Assembly (NCBI GenBank): GCA_963541275.1
Contig: CAUTSC010000003.1
Coordinates: forward strand, 29,972 to 93,971
Length of the DNA stretch: 64,000 nucleotides
Source: an uncultured Pseudomonadota bacterium
GTDB lineage: Bacteria; Pseudomonadota; Alphaproteobacteria; Rs-D84; CACZYB01
Direction: 5' to 3'
Of this stretch, positions 29,975-42,751 are shown piece after piece; the first letter of the stretch is position 1; the number at the start of each line of letters is the position of its first letter. The position numbers and the translations under genes are program-made. The notes beneath the pieces were generated by a model. It was not told where the DNA came from and did no database searches. It saw nothing but the letters and a program-made list of their open reading frames with translations.

Positions 29975-32900
29975 ATGAATGAAATAAAAAAAGTATTAAA
30001 TAAAGCAGTAAGCGCACCACAAGATGTGTTCAGCAAACTTAAGATTTCTATTGCTTCTCCGGATCAAATAAGATCTTGGTCTTTTGGTGAAGTTGTAAAA
30101 ACAAAAACTATAAACTACCGAACATTTAAACCAGAAAAAGATGGATTATTTTGTGCAAAAATATTTGGGCCTGTAAAAGATTATGAATGTCTTTGTGGTA
30201 AATATAAAAGGGTAAAACATCGTGGTGTTATTTGTGAAAAATGTGGAGTTGAAGTTACCCTTTCAAAGGTTAGACGTGAAAGAATGGGACATATTGAACT
30301 TGCTGCCCCAGTTGCTCATATCTGGTTTTTAAAATCTCTTCCGTCTAAAATAAGTTTGCTTTTGGATGTTCAACTTAAAAAATTGGAAAAGGTTTTGTAT
30401 TTTGAAAACTATATAGTTATGGAATCTGGTCTTACACCACTTAAGGAAAATCAACTTTTAACAGAAGATGAATATCAAACATTAACAGAAGAATATGGTG
30501 AAGATGGATTTAAAGCTGGTATTGGTGCAGAAGCAATTAAAAAGATGCTTGCTGAAATTGATCTTAACGAGATAAGAACAGAACTTCGTGAAGAATTGAA
30601 AACTTTAAAATCTGGCATGACAAGAAAAAAGGTTATTCAAAGATTAAAGGTTGTAGAGGCATTTTTGGAAAGTGGCAATAAACCAGAATGGATGGTTATG
30701 GATGTTCTTCCTGTTATTCCACCGGAACTTCGTCCTCTTGTACCACTTGATGGTGGACGATTTGCAACTGCAGATTTGAATGATTTATATCGCCGTGTTA
30801 TAAACAGAAATAACAGACTTAAAAGATTGCAAGAATTAAAAGCTCCTGAAATCATTATAAGAAATGAAAAAAGGATGTTGCAAGAGGCAGTTGACAGCTT
30901 GTTTGATAATTCAAGACGTGTAAGACCAGTTGTTGCGAATAACAAAAGACCTCTTAAATCTTTGGCAGATATGTTAAAGGGTAAAACAGGTCGTTTCCGT
31001 CAAAATCTTCTTGGAAAACGTGTTGATTATTCCGGTCGTTCCGTTATTGTGTCTGGACCTACATTAAAACTTAATCAATGTGGACTTCCAAAACGTATGG
31101 CTCTTGAACTTTTCAAACCATTTATTTATTCGAAGCTTGAATTGTATGGTTATGCAAATACCATAAAATCAGCAAGAAAAATGGTTGAAAATGAAGAAGC
31201 TGTTGTTTGGGATATTTTAGAAGAAGTGATTGTGGAACATCCAGTTCTTTTGAACAGAGCTCCATCACTTCACAGACTTTCCGTTCAGGCATTTGAACCA
31301 GTTTTGATAGAGGGTAAAGCGATAAGATTACACCCACTTGTTTGTGGTGGCTTTAATGCCGACTTTGATGGTGATCAGATGGCGGTTCATGTACCTCTTT
31401 CTGTTGAGGCGCAACTAGAAGCAAAAGTTTTAATGATGTCAAACAATAATATTTTACATCCTGCACATGGAAATCCTGTTATTACTCCTAACCAAGACGT
31501 TGTTCTGGGTGTTTATTATATGACATCTCCAGTTAACAAGGCAAAAGGTGAAGGCATGGTATTTAGTTCTATTGATGAAATGAAGCTTGCTCTTTCATCA
31601 AAGTTAATTGATATGCATGCAAAAATAAAAATAAGGATGGAACATATTACAGATGATAATGAAAAACAAGAATCTGTTGTTGAGACAACTGCTGGACGTG
31701 TTATTTTGTATGAAATAGTTCCAAAAGAAAACGATATACCATTTTCACTTGTAAATAAACAAATGGGCAAAAGTGAAATTAAAAAGCTATTTGCTGCTGT
31801 TTATAAAAATTGTGAACAAAAAGTGATGGTGGAATTTGCTGATAATTTTAAAGATCTTGGTTATAAAAATGCTATGCTTGCAGGTATTTCATTTGGAAAA
31901 GATAACATTGTTATTCCAGCTGCAAAATCAAAATTATTGCAAGATACTTCTGCAAAAGTTGTTGAATTTGAAAAACAATATCAGGAGGGTTTCATAACAG
32001 AAAAAGAAAAGCACAACAAGGTTGTTGATGCTTGGTCTTTGTGTTCTGATAAAGTTGCGGATGAGCTTATGGAAGAGCTTGCAACACAAAAAGATGGTGA
32101 AGTTGAAAATCCTATTTATATGATGGTAAATTCTGGGGCTCGTGGTTCTAAGACACAGGCAAAACAGCTTGCTGGTATGAGAGGGTTGATGGCAAAACCA
32201 AATGGAGAAGTTATTGAAACTCCTATTCTTTCAAACTTTAAAGAGGGTTTGACAGTTGCTGAATACTTTAACTCAACTCATGGATCAAGAAAGGGACTTT
32301 CAGATACTGCTCTTAAAACTGCAAATGCCGGTTATATGACAAGAAAATTGGTTGATGTAGCACAAGAAGTTGTGATAACAGAAGAAGATTGTGGTACAGA
32401 AAAATCAATAGAGATATCAGCGCTTGTTGATGGTGGAAATATAACTGAATCACTTGCTGACAGAATTTTTGGAAGAGTAGTTGCAGAAGATATCAAAACA
32501 AAAGATGGTATTGTGATAGCAACAAAAGGTACTATGCTTGGTGAAAAAGATGTGAGGGCAATTGAAACAGCAGGTATTGAAAAAGTAAAGATAAGATCTG
32601 TTTTAACCTGTGAATGTAAAAATGGTGTATGTGCAAAATGTTATGGACGAGATCTTGCACGTGGTACGCCAATCAATGTTGGTGAAGCAATTGGAATTAT
32701 TGCTGCACAATCAATTGGTGAACCTGGAACTCAGCTAACCATGAGAACTTTCCATATAGGTGGTGCTGCACAAACATCTGCTGCAAAATCTATGGTAGAA
32801 TCTGCTTATGATGCAAAGGTTAAATTTGAAAATGTAAAGATTGCTGTTAATAGTGATGGCGATAGTATAGTTATGAGTAAAAATGCAGAAGTAATTTTTG

Positions 32901-34153
32901 TAGACAGCAATAATAATGAAATCTCAAGAGCGAAAATGCCATTTGGATCAAAAGCGTTTGTAAGTGATAATGCAAGTGTTTCAAAAGGTCAAAAAGTTGC
33001 AGAATGGAACCCATATATAAGACCAATTATTGCAGAAGTTGATGGTAAACTTAATTTTACAGATTTGATTGATGGAGTGTCGGTGGAAGAACACAAAGAT
33101 GAAGCAACGGGTATTTCATCAAGAGTTGTAAAAGATTGGAAAACTCAACTTAAAAAGAAAGATTTAAGTCCTGCAATTTTTGTTGTTGATGCAAACGGAC
33201 AGGTAAAAAATATTCCAAGTGGCAGTATGGCAAAATACATTATTTCAACTGGTACAATTTTGATTGGTGAAAATAATACAGATGTTAAAACTGGTGATAT
33301 GATAGCCTATATGCTTAAAGGTGGTAGTCAATCCAGAGATATTACCGGAGGACTTCCAAGAGTTTCAGAGCTTTTTGAAGCAAGAAGACCAAAGGAAGCT
33401 GCAGTTGTTTCGGATATAGACGGAGTTGTTAGATTTGAAGGAGATGTTAGAAGTAAATATAAAATTTCTGTTGTTCCGGAAAATGATGCAGACCCACAAG
33501 AATATATGATTTCAAAGACAGCAGTTTTGAATGTACAAGATGGAGATTATGTTAAAAAAGGTGATAAATTAACAGAAGGTGTGGTGTCTCCACATGATAT
33601 ACTTCGTATTTTTGGTGTTGAAAAACTTGCAACATATTTGGTGGGTGAAGTACAGGCAGTTTATAGACTTCAAGGTGTTGAAATAAATGATAAACATATA
33701 GAAGTTATTGTGCGTCAAATGCTTAAAAAACGTGAAATCATTGATCCTTGTGCTACAACTTTTGTGGTAGGTGAATATGTTGATGAAGACGAGCTTGCAG
33801 CAGAAAATAAAAAAACCATAGAGATGGGTGGAAAACCTGCGGTTGCAAGACCATATCTTCTTGGTATCACAAAGGCAAGTTTGCAGAATAAATCATTTAT
33901 TTCTGCGGCATCTTTCCAAGAAACAACCAAAGTTTTGATTGAAGCAGCGATTGCTGGAAAAGAAGACAGACTTGAGGGATTAAAGGAAAATGTGATAGTT
34001 GGAAGACTTATTCCAGCTGGAACTGGTGCTTATGTGAACAGACTTCGTGCTATTGCAAAAGCACAGGATATGGAGCTTGAAGCTGAACAATTAAAAGAAA
34101 TGGAAACTGGCGATAAAAATAAGGATGCTGCTCCACTTCTTGCTGGTGTTTAG
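29975..34153 (+). CDS. rpoC: DNA-directed RNA polymerase subunit beta'
   Basis: A 1392-aa protein with the Zn motif CLCGKYK...CEKCGVE and the catalytic [12 protein letters not shown]. Confidence 0.99.
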   Translation: MNEIKKVLNKAVSAPQDVFSKLKISIASPDQIRSWSFGEVVKTKTINYRTFKPEKDGLFCAKIFGPVKDYECLCGKYKRVKHRGVICEKCGVEVTLSKVRRERMGHIELAAPVAHIWFLKSLPSKISLLLDVQLKKLEKVLYFENYIVMESGLTPLKENQLLTEDEYQTLTEEYGEDGFKAGIGAEAIKKMLAEIDLNEIRTELREELKTLKSGMTRKKVIQRLKVVEAFLESGNKPEWMVMDVLPVIPPELRPLVPLDGGRFATADLNDLYRRVINRNNRLKRLQELKAPEIIIRNEKRMLQEAVDSLFDNSRRVRPVVANNKRPLKSLADMLKGKTGRFRQNLLGKRVDYSGRSVIVSGPTLKLNQCGLPKRMALELFKPFIYSKLELYGYANTIKSARKMVENEEAVVWDILEEVIVEHPVLLNRAPSLHRLSVQAFEPVLIEGKAIRLHPLVCGGFNADFDGDQMAVHVPLSVEAQLEAKVLMMSNNNILHPAHGNPVITPNQDVVLGVYYMTSPVNKAKGEGMVFSSIDEMKLALSSKLIDMHAKIKIRMEHITDDNEKQESVVETTAGRVILYEIVPKENDIPFSLVNKQMGKSEIKKLFAAVYKNCEQKVMVEFADNFKDLGYKNAMLAGISFGKDNIVIPAAKSKLLQDTSAKVVEFEKQYQEGFITEKEKHNKVVDAWSLCSDKVADELMEELATQKDGEVENPIYMMVNSGARGSKTQAKQLAGMRGLMAKPNGEVIETPILSNFKEGLTVAEYFNSTHGSRKGLSDTALKTANAGYMTRKLVDVAQEVVITEEDCGTEKSIEISALVDGGNITESLADRIFGRVVAEDIKTKDGIVIATKGTMLGEKDVRAIETAGIEKVKIRSVLTCECKNGVCAKCYGRDLARGTPINVGEAIGIIAAQSIGEPGTQLTMRTFHIGGAAQTSAAKSMVESAYDAKVKFENVKIAVNSDGDSIVMSKNAEVIFVDSNNNEISRAKMPFGSKAFVSDNASVSKGQKVAEWNPYIRPIIAEVDGKLNFTDLIDGVSVEEHKDEATGISSRVVKDWKTQLKKKDLSPAIFVVDANGQVKNIPSGSMAKYIISTGTILIGENNTDVKTGDMIAYMLKGGSQSRDITGGLPRVSELFEARRPKEAAVVSDIDGVVRFEGDVRSKYKISVVPENDADPQEYMISKTAVLNVQDGDYVKKGDKLTEGVVSPHDILRIFGVEKLATYLVGEVQAVYRLQGVEINDKHIEVIVRQMLKKREIIDPCATTFVVGEYVDEDELAAENKKTIEMGGKPAVARPYLLGITKASLQNKSFISAASFQETTKVLIEAAIAGKEDRLEGLKENVIVGRLIPAGTGAYVNRLRAIAKAQDMELEAEQLKEMETGDKNKDAAPLLAGV

Positions 34154-34176
34154 TTTTGATTTTGTGTTATTTAAGG

Positions 34177-34200
34177 GAGTGTTAAACACTCCTTTTTTTA
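34177..34200 (+). terminator. rho-independent terminator after rpoC
   Basis: GGAGTGttaaCACTCC followed by a T run. Confidence 0.75.
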
Positions 34201-34266
34201 TGTATTTTTCACTAGCGTTTGATGAAAAAATAACAATAATAAAAAAAGACATGTTAGGATAATTTT

Positions 34267-34749
34267 ATGGCAATAAAAATAGATGAAAAAATTTTGAAAT
34301 ATCAAAAATTTGTTATTTTTATTCCTATGATATTATTATCTGCAATTTTTTTGTTTGCAAAATTTTGGATTGGGATGGTGTCGTTGCTACTTCTTGTTTC
34401 GCATTTTTATTTATTTTGTTTTTTGATTCCTTTATATGTTTTTTATTATTTTTTTGAACATTATTTTAAAGTATCAAAGAAAATAATTTCAAAAATGGCT
34501 TTGGTTTTGGTGATAATTTCCTATCTCAATTTATTTTATAAATATGGGGTGTTTTTTTATAAATATGGAATGACTGCGTCGGTACTTAACAAGCATAGTT
34601 ATAATTTAATGATTTTTCCTTTTCATTCTTTTATCCAAATAATGGAGGGGTTGTTGGTTGTCTTTATTGCTTTTTCAAGTTATAGATTGGGTTTGTTTGG
34701 GGTTAATTTTTTAAAAAATAAAGTCAAAAAAGATACAGATAAATCTTGA
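34267..34749 (+). CDS. hypothetical polytopic membrane protein
   Basis: A 160-aa protein with about 4-5 TM helices. No family recognised. Confidence 0.4.
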   Translation: MAIKIDEKILKYQKFVIFIPMILLSAIFLFAKFWIGMVSLLLLVSHFYLFCFLIPLYVFYYFFEHYFKVSKKIISKMALVLVIISYLNLFYKYGVFFYKYGMTASVLNKHSYNLMIFPFHSFIQIMEGLLVVFIAFSSYRLGLFGVNFLKNKVKKDTDKS

Positions 34750-34808
34750 CTAATCAAAGAAAAAAAGATAGATTTAAAAAATATTTAAGAATCGTAACGG
34801 GGTTTATT

Positions 34809-35102
34809 ATGTTTGCAATATTTAAAACAGGCGGAAAACAATATAAAGTTCAAAATAATGATATTATAAAAGTTGAAAAATTAACCGCTGAAAAAGAAGT
34901 TGTGTTTGATGAAGTTTTAATGGTTGATGACAAAATCGGCGCTCCAATTCTTGCTGGGGCAAAGGTTAAAGCCGAAGTTCTTGAACAAATAAGGGATAAA
35001 AAGATTATAGTTTTCAAGAAAAAAAGAAGACATAATTATAGAAGAAAACAAGGTCATAGACAATATATGACTGTGATAAAAATAAAAGAAATAGTTGCAT
35101 AA
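34809..35102 (+). CDS. rplU: 50S ribosomal protein L21
   Basis: [14 protein letters not shown] is the canonical L21 N-terminus. The ORF-track start at 34746 (TTG) would add 21 non-homologous residues. Confidence 0.93.
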   Translation: MFAIFKTGGKQYKVQNNDIIKVEKLTAEKEVVFDEVLMVDDKIGAPILAGAKVKAEVLEQIRDKKIIVFKKKRRHNYRRKQGHRQYMTVIKIKEIVA

Positions 35103-35112
35103 GAGGTAGAAA

Positions 35113-35373
35113 ATGGCACATAAGAAAGCTGGTGGAAGTTCCAAAAACGGGCGTGATAGTGCGGGTAAAAGACTTGGTGTTAAAAGATATGGTGGTCAGC
35201 TTGTAAAAAGTGGCACAATACTTGTAAGGCAAAGAGGAACAACATTTCATCCAGGGCAAAGTGTTGGAATGGGTTCTGATTATACACTTTTTGCAACAAC
35301 AGATGGTGTTGTGAATTTTAAAACAGGTGGCAGAAAAAATAAAACCTATATCTCTGTTCTTCCAGTTGCATAG
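35113..35373 (+). CDS. rpmA: 50S ribosomal protein L27
   Basis: [24 protein letters not shown]. Confidence 0.96.
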   Translation: MAHKKAGGSSKNGRDSAGKRLGVKRYGGQLVKSGTILVRQRGTTFHPGQSVGMGSDYTLFATTDGVVNFKTGGRKNKTYISVLPVA

Positions 35374-35396
35374 TTTTTGTTTAAAAAATTTATAAA

Positions 35397-35430
35397 AAAG
35401 ACAAAGCATGACCACTTTGTCTTTTTTTTG
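35397..35430 (+). terminator. rho-independent terminator after rpmA
   Basis: AGACAAAGcatgaccaCTTTGTCT followed by a T run. Confidence 0.8.
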
Positions 35431-35505
35431 TTATAAGAAATAAAAGTTTTTGTTTGTATTATATAATTCTCTTGCAAAAATGTTATAAAATAATATCCTT
35501 GTGCT

Positions 35506-37308
35506 ATGGTTAAATTAAAAGAAAATATACGAAATTTTTCTATTGTAGCGCATATTGATCATGGTAAATCAACTCTTGCTGATAGGCTTATCCAAATGTG
35601 TGGTGCGGTTGCAGATCGCGAGATGAAAGATCAAATTCTTGACAATATGGATATAGAACGTGAACGTGGTATCACAATAAAATCGCAAACTTGTCGTCTT
35701 GTGTATAAGGCAAAAAATGGTAAAACTTATCATTTAAATTTAATTGATACACCGGGGCATGTTGATTTTTCTTATGAAGTTTCTCGGTCTCTTTCTGCAT
35801 GTGAGGGGGCTTTGTTGGTTGTTGATGCATCCCAAGGGGTAGAGGCACAAACCCTTGCCAACGCCTATAAAGCAATTGATGCGAATTTAGAAATAGTTGT
35901 TGTGCTTAATAAAGCAGATTTACCAGCTGCAGATCCAGAAAAAGTAAAAGGGCAGATAGAAGATGTGATTGGTATATATGCAAGTGATGCGATACTTATT
36001 TCTGCAAAAACAGGAATGGGTGTTGATGGTGTTTTAGAACAAATTGTTGAAAAGCTTCCTGCTCCACAGGATAAAGATGATGAACCTTTAAAAGCTCTTA
36101 TCATTGATAGTTGGTATGATACTTATCTTGGTGTTGTGATGTTGGTGCGTATTAAAGATGGCAAAATAAAAAAAGGCGACGATATAAAAATGATGTCTAA
36201 CAATAATCGTTATAGTGCCGAACAAATTGGAATTTTTACTCCAAAAATGCTTGCAACTGATGAACTTGTTTCTGGTGATGTTGGCTATATAATCACAGGG
36301 ATTAAACAGCTGGCAGATTGCAGAGTTGGTGATACAATCACACACAATATAAATGGTGCAAGTGAACCTCTTGATGGATTTAAACCATCTGTGCCAGTTG
36401 TTTTTTCATCAATTTTCCCAGTGGATGCAAGTGATTATCCATTGTTAAAAGAGGCTGTTGCAAAATTATACCTGAATGACGCTAGTTTTATTTTTGAAGT
36501 TGAAAGCTCTACAGCACTTGGTTTTGGATTCCGTTGTGGATTTTTGGGGCTTCTTCACATGGAAATTATTGTTGAGCGATTGTCACGAGAATTTAATCTG
36601 GATATTATAACAACTGCTCCATCTGTGGCATATAAAATTTATTTAACAAATGGAGAATGTATAACTATTACAACACCTGCGGATATGCCGGATCAATCAA
36701 AAATTTCAAGTATGGAAGAACCATTTGTGCGTGCAACAATAATGACACCAGATGAATATTTGGGTTCTATTATAAAATTATGTACTGACAGACGTGGTAT
36801 ACAAGAAAACATGACCTATATTGGCAATAAAGCAATGCTTGTTTATGAATTGCCACTTAATGAAATAGTGTTTGATTTTTATGATAGGTTGAAATCTATC
36901 AGTTCCGGTTATGCAAGTTTTGATTATGAACTTTCGGGATATAAAGGGGCGGAACTTGCAAAAGTTTCAATTTTGATAAACGAAGAATTGGTGGAAGCTT
37001 TGTCATTTATAGCGCATAAAACAGAAGTTGAAAAACGTGGCAGGCAGATTTGTGAAAAATTAAAAGATTTAATTCCACGTCATATGTTTAAAATTCCAAT
37101 ACAGGCTGCAATAGGGGCAAAAGTGATTGCAAGAGAAACAATTTCTGCATACAGGAAAGATGTTCTTGCAAAATGTTATGGTGGTGATATTTCACGGAAA
37201 AGGAAACTTCTTGAAAAACAGAAAAAAGGTAAAAAGAAAATGAAAACCTTTGGTAATGTAGAAATTCCACAAGAAGCATTTATCAAAGCATTGAAAACAG
37301 ATAGCTAA
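35506..37308 (+). CDS. lepA: translation elongation factor 4 (LepA)
   Basis: [31 protein letters not shown], and the C-terminal LepA-specific domain. Confidence 0.97.
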   Translation: MVKLKENIRNFSIVAHIDHGKSTLADRLIQMCGAVADREMKDQILDNMDIERERGITIKSQTCRLVYKAKNGKTYHLNLIDTPGHVDFSYEVSRSLSACEGALLVVDASQGVEAQTLANAYKAIDANLEIVVVLNKADLPAADPEKVKGQIEDVIGIYASDAILISAKTGMGVDGVLEQIVEKLPAPQDKDDEPLKALIIDSWYDTYLGVVMLVRIKDGKIKKGDDIKMMSNNNRYSAEQIGIFTPKMLATDELVSGDVGYIITGIKQLADCRVGDTITHNINGASEPLDGFKPSVPVVFSSIFPVDASDYPLLKEAVAKLYLNDASFIFEVESSTALGFGFRCGFLGLLHMEIIVERLSREFNLDIITTAPSVAYKIYLTNGECITITTPADMPDQSKISSMEEPFVRATIMTPDEYLGSIIKLCTDRRGIQENMTYIGNKAMLVYELPLNEIVFDFYDRLKSISSGYASFDYELSGYKGAELAKVSILINEELVEALSFIAHKTEVEKRGRQICEKLKDLIPRHMFKIPIQAAIGAKVIARETISAYRKDVLAKCYGGDISRKRKLLEKQKKGKKKMKTFGNVEIPQEAFIKALKTDS

Positions 37309-37317
37309 TTTTTTACT

Positions 37318-37346
37318 TGTATAAAAATCTTTTATAATTTATTTTA
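37318..37346 (+). promoter_or_regulatory. family promoter, locus A (TTGTAT -35; weak -10), no structured leader
   Basis: cTTGTATaaaaatct is nearly identical to the -35 region at 59269. The remaining 5' UTR (caggataagagggaga) keeps only the SD-proximal end of the leader seen at the other three loci. Confidence 0.4.
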
Positions 37347-37372
37347 TTTACAGGATAAGAGGGAGAATATTT

Positions 37373-38281
37373 ATGAAATTTTGTATCAAAAATCACAATA
37401 AAATTATATTATTTTTGGTGTTATACTTGTTTCCTGTGAATGCGTTTTCTTCACATGTATCACAAGACAAAAAACAAATGATACAAAGTGTTTTATCCAA
37501 ATATTGTATTCCAAATGATAAAACTTTGTGTAATACACCAGCAGAGGGTAAATACGATCCAAGTTTATCATTTTGTTTATGTAATGATGGTATGACATGG
37601 AATGACACAAACAGAACATGTGATGATTGTAAGGCAGGAACTTACTATAAACAAAATATGAGAGATAATAGCTGTAAATCCTGCTCCCCAGGAAGTTATT
37701 CAGGAACTGGAGCAGCAGGTTGTACTTCATGTTCTCCTGGTTCATATGCTTCAGGTTATGGTAATACAGGTTGTGCTTCTTGCTCACCAGGTACTTATCA
37801 GCCAAGTAGTGGTGGTTCCTCATGTTATAGTTGTAGTAGCAGTAATTGTGAAACCAGTGGTTGGGGAGCGACAAGTTGTTATTCAATATGTGGTGGTTCC
37901 ACTCCATATTGTAATGGTAGTGGCAGTTGTGTAGAGTGTACAAGTAATAGTCATTGTAGCCGTTATTGTGTTAATTGGAGTTGTGTAGAATGTCGGAGTA
38001 GTAGTGATTGTGGTAGTAATTATAGTTGTAGTTCAGGTTCTTGTGTATGTAGTTTAAGTGAAAGTGATTGTCCATGTGGTATGTCAGGCTGTTCGTGTGA
38101 TAGTTGTCCGAGTTCAAACAGTGATGATAGTAGTAGTGATAGTGGTTCTTCAGGTGGTTCATCTGGTAATTCTGGTGGAAGTTCTGGTACTAAAAAACCT
38201 TCTTGTAGTGGTTCTTGTGATGATGGTTTTGGATCATTTACTATGGTAAATGGAAAGTGTGTTTGTGATCATTCAAAATAA
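37373..38281 (+). CDS. secreted Cys-rich repeat protein, type 1 (CxxCxxG(S/T)Y ephrin-receptor/TNFR-like repeats)
   Basis: Sec signal peptide, then repeats CDDCKAGTYY, CKSCSPGSYS, CTSCSPGSYA, CASCSPGTYQ, CYSCSS and CVECTSNSHC, a Ser/Gly-rich linker and a Cys-rich C-terminus. It is a paralog of 49461..50315. Confidence 0.75.
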   Translation: MKFCIKNHNKIILFLVLYLFPVNAFSSHVSQDKKQMIQSVLSKYCIPNDKTLCNTPAEGKYDPSLSFCLCNDGMTWNDTNRTCDDCKAGTYYKQNMRDNSCKSCSPGSYSGTGAAGCTSCSPGSYASGYGNTGCASCSPGTYQPSSGGSSCYSCSSSNCETSGWGATSCYSICGGSTPYCNGSGSCVECTSNSHCSRYCVNWSCVECRSSSDCGSNYSCSSGSCVCSLSESDCPCGMSGCSCDSCPSSNSDDSSSDSGSSGGSSGNSGGSSGTKKPSCSGSCDDGFGSFTMVNGKCVCDHSK

Positions 38282-38364
38282 CATCATACTGTTATATATA
38301 TCTAATAAATCTCTTTTATTATTTTAGGTTGAAGATAGGTATAAATAACAATTTATTTTAAATA

Positions 38365-39084
38365 CTACATTTCCGCTGGTTTCCCGACACCTTTGCTGGT
38401 AGATTTATAGTATTGGTTTGAGGCGGTGCCAAGACCAAGCGATCCGCTCATTGTTTTTCTGGCATCTGGTGAAACAAAGAGGTTTGATTGACTAAGTGGC
38501 ATAGTGTCAATACGTTTTGATTCTATTGTCCCAGAACTTATTTGTTCCATATTGGATGGTTTTGTATCTTCCATCTGTTCCTGTGTTATAACAGGTTTAA
38601 CAAGTTTTTTTGTGTTAGTATTTATTTTTTTATTTTCTTTTTTTGTTTTATTTGGAGCTGGGGACACGGTGAATAACACATCGGATCCTCTGAACCCGGA
38701 TGGTTGCAATTGTATAAGAGCAACACGATTATTCATCATAAATGTAAGAACTGAATTTACACCTCTTACAGATGTTATTTCAGTCCAACCAAATTTTTTC
38801 ATTTCTTCAACATAAAAATCATAAACACCACCAACGCTATATGGAGTTGAAAAAATAAGTCTGCCAAGCCATTCATTGCCACGTCCATAGATAGCAGTTT
38901 GATTCATGTTCATTTCTGATTGTTCAGGGATAGGAATATCAGAAAAATTTGAAAAACTATATGGAAGTGCATTACTGCTTAATGTTTGTGAAGTATTAGG
39001 ATTCATAGAATGATTATCTGTACAACCTATAATGGTAAGTAGTGTTATAAAACTTATCATATTTTTTATTTTTTTGTTAAACAT
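38365..39084 (-). CDS. hypothetical lipoprotein
   Basis: Lipobox LLTIIGC. No family recognised. Confidence 0.5.
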   Translation of the reverse strand: MFNKKIKNMISFITLLTIIGCTDNHSMNPNTSQTLSSNALPYSFSNFSDIPIPEQSEMNMNQTAIYGRGNEWLGRLIFSTPYSVGGVYDFYVEEMKKFGWTEITSVRGVNSVLTFMMNNRVALIQLQPSGFRGSDVLFTVSPAPNKTKKENKKINTNTKKLVKPVITQEQMEDTKPSNMEQISSGTIESKRIDTMPLSQSNLFVSPDARKTMSGSLGLGTASNQYYKSTSKGVGKPAEM

Positions 39085-39110
39085 ATTCCCTCTCTTTTGT
39101 TTAAAAATAT

Positions 39111-39698
39111 TTATTCAAAAATATCAGTTGGTTCGTCCCCATCAACTATGTTTCCTTTTTTCTTTACTTCTTCATCTGTTTCTGGGTGGCGTTTTTTATC
39201 CTCTTTTTCCATTATCTTTTCTATTTTTTCAACTGCTTCATCAGATGGCAATCCAAAAATAGCGGCATATTCATCGGCAAGTCTTGTTAATGCTTGTTCG
39301 TAAATCATTCTCTCACTATATGATTGATTTTCTCTTTCTTGTCTTTTATATAAATCACGAACAACTTCTGCAACAACCATTGGTTCACCAGAATTTATTT
39401 TATCTTCATATTCTTGCGCCCTTTTTGCCCACACAATTTTTCGTGATTGTGGAGTTGTTTTCATGACATCCATTGCTTTTTTTATTTCATATTCAGTTGA
39501 TAGTTTCCTAAGTCCAGAAACTGCAATTTTATCAACTGGAATTTTAAGGTTCATTCTGCTTGCTGCGAATAAAATCACCAAAAATTCAACATCCATTCCG
39601 GCAATTTGCTCGTTAATAATTTCTTTTACCTGACCAACACCATGAGTTGGATAAACAACATAATCACCTATTGTAATTTCCCATTCGCTTTTTGCCAT
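39111..39698 (-). CDS. CarD/CdnL-family transcriptional regulator
   Basis: N-terminal GDYVVYPTHGVGQVKEI (CarD_TRCF RNAP-interaction domain). Confidence 0.85.
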   Translation of the reverse strand: MAKSEWEITIGDYVVYPTHGVGQVKEIINEQIAGMDVEFLVILFAASRMNLKIPVDKIAVSGLRKLSTEYEIKKAMDVMKTTPQSRKIVWAKRAQEYEDKINSGEPMVVAEVVRDLYKRQERENQSYSERMIYEQALTRLADEYAAIFGLPSDEAVEKIEKIMEKEDKKRHPETDEEVKKKGNIVDGDEPTDIFE

Positions 39699-39812
39699 AA
39701 ATACCTCAAATTTTTATAAATTATATAGAATTTACATTTTATTTTGTTATTATTAAGTCATTATAACAGCAAAAAAAGTTTAAAACAACAATTTTGTTAA
39801 TAGGTTTTTATT

Positions 39813-40604
39813 ATGATTATAAGCTTTTGGTATTATATTTTACTTGCTTTTATTCAGGGAATAACAGAATTTATTCCTGTCAGTTCATCTGCACATTTAT
39901 TGATTTTGCCATTTATTTTAAAAATTCAAGATCAAGGTGTGATTGTTGATATAATTGCTCATGTTGGTTCTTTGTTTGCTATAATTTATTTTTATAGGAG
40001 TGATATTTTAGGTTTAATAAAAAATTTCTTTTCTGTTGGTGGTGATAAAAAATTAAGTTTTAATATAATTGTTGCAATGATTCCTGTTGCAATTTTGGGA
40101 TTGTTGTTTGTTATTTTTGATATAAATTTACGAAACCCGTACGTAGTTATTTTTACAAGTATAGTTTTTGGAATTTTGTTATATGTTGCAGATAAAATTT
40201 CAAAGGGTAAAAAGGAGATGTCTGAAATCACAATAAAAGATTCCGTTATAATTGGACTTATGCAGGCAATAGCAATTATTCCAGGGGTTAGTCGCAGTGG
40301 AGCAACAACAACAGGAGCATTATTTTGCAATATTAAAAGGGATGCTGCATTAAAATTTTCATTTTTGCTTGCAATCCCAGCAATAATAATGGCAGGTGCA
40401 GGTGGAATATTAAAAATATTAAAAGATAAAGTTGAAATTATCAGTATGACAAATACGTTGATTGTATTTTTTTCATCATTTATATTTTCACTTATCACAA
40501 TAAAATTTATGACAAAATATATAAATAAAAATTCGTTCAAAGGTTTTGCAATTTATAGAGTAATTTTAGGTGTTGTGTTGTTTATATTTTTGGTAAAAAG
40601 ATAA
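39813..40604 (+). CDS. uppP: undecaprenyl-diphosphate phosphatase
   Basis: GITEFIPVSSSAHL and PGVSRSGATTTGAL motifs. Confidence 0.92.
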   Translation: MIISFWYYILLAFIQGITEFIPVSSSAHLLILPFILKIQDQGVIVDIIAHVGSLFAIIYFYRSDILGLIKNFFSVGGDKKLSFNIIVAMIPVAILGLLFVIFDINLRNPYVVIFTSIVFGILLYVADKISKGKKEMSEITIKDSVIIGLMQAIAIIPGVSRSGATTTGALFCNIKRDAALKFSFLLAIPAIIMAGAGGILKILKDKVEIISMTNTLIVFFSSFIFSLITIKFMTKYINKNSFKGFAIYRVILGVVLFIFLVKR

Positions 40605-40637
40605 AAATTTACTTGTAAAAAACATAAATAATATTAA

Positions 40638-41945
<1,308 letters not shown>

Positions 41946-42010
41946 ATTTTGTTGATTATTTATAAAAATAGTTATTATATATAAACAGGTAAAAGAAAAG
42001 GATTAAAATT

Positions 42011-42466
42011 ATGGCAGGATCTGTAAATAAAGTAATACTTGTTGGTAATCTTGGGCGCGACCCAGAGGTAAGGCATTCTCAAGATGGAAGTAAAATTGTA
42101 AGTTTTCCACTTGCAACGTCGGAATCTTGGAAAGATAAAAGTGGAGAAAGACAAGAAAGAACCGAATGGCACAGAGTTGTGGTTTTTTCACAAGGTCTTG
42201 CTGAAGTATCAGAAAAATATTTAAAAAAGGGTTCTAAAGTTTATGTGGAAGGTCAAATAAGAACCAGAAAGTGGCAAGATAACACAGGTGCAGATAAATA
42301 TTCAACAGAAATAGTTTTATCTGGGTTTAATGGATATTTAATAATGCTTGATAAAAATGGTACAAGTTCTGGTGAAAGCTATGGCGGGGACAGCACAGAT
42401 TCTTCTGATTCCGGTTGGGATACAACTTCTGCTGAAACTCAACTTGATGACGAAGTTCCATTTTAA
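42011..42466 (+). CDS. ssb: single-stranded DNA-binding protein
   Basis: An OB fold ([25 protein letters not shown]) and an acidic C-terminal tip DDEVPF. Confidence 0.95.
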   Translation: MAGSVNKVILVGNLGRDPEVRHSQDGSKIVSFPLATSESWKDKSGERQERTEWHRVVVFSQGLAEVSEKYLKKGSKVYVEGQIRTRKWQDNTGADKYSTEIVLSGFNGYLIMLDKNGTSSGESYGGDSTDSSDSGWDTTSAETQLDDEVPF

Positions 42467-42496
42467 AAGTTAGGAATAAATTTTGTGAATTATACT

Positions 42497-42520
42497 AAAG
42501 CCTATCAAAGGCTTTTTTTA
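42497..42520 (+). terminator. rho-independent terminator after ssb
   Basis: AAAGCCTatcaaAGGCTTT followed by a T run. Confidence 0.8.
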
Positions 42521-42552
42521 TTTCATAAATAATATAAAAATCATATTTTTTC

Positions 42553-42581
42553 TTGAATAAAACTTTTTAAAATTTTATCAT
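42553..42581 (+). promoter_or_regulatory. family promoter, locus B (TTGAAT-N17-TATCAT)
   Basis: The same architecture and -10 hexamer occur at 49264..49292 and 59269..59297. Confidence 0.55.
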
Positions 42582-42587
42582 ATGACT

Positions 42588-42751
42588 AAACAGGATTTAG
42601 CGATCCTTGTTGTATAAGAGTTAAAAAAAACTCTACAGGTTTTGGAATTCCTACTGTAATGGTAGGAAGGTATGGGAATAGATACAATAATACTATACGC
42701 TATTTTATACAACATAGTCGCTAACTTCCTATCGTAACAGGGAGAGACGAG
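42588..42751 (+). promoter_or_regulatory. conserved structured 5' leader, copy 1 (candidate cis-regulatory RNA)
   Basis: One of three copies of about 165 nt. The long-range helix 42597-42616/42706-42724 shows compensatory changes between copies. The hairpin TTCCTAC-tgtaatg-GTAGGAA (42648-42668) is invariant. CTTCC...GGGAG forms an SD-sequestering hairpin just before the ATG. Confidence 0.6.

Noticed and set aside
34746-34808. An N-terminal extension of L21 from the TTG at 34746 (ORF track), and similar extensions of L19 (58272) and PilL (68).
   Set aside because: The canonical N-termini ([14 protein letters not shown] and MNLLNLIEK), or a signal peptide with a proper RBS, begin at internal ATGs. 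The extensions have no homology.
42672-42737. A possible 21-aa leader peptide (MGIDTIILYAILYNIVANFLS) inside leader copy 1.
   Set aside because: The ATG and the reading frame are not conserved. Copy 3 has GTG followed immediately by TAG at the same place. Copy 2 has a different 11-codon ORF. The conservation pattern fits base pairing rather than coding.
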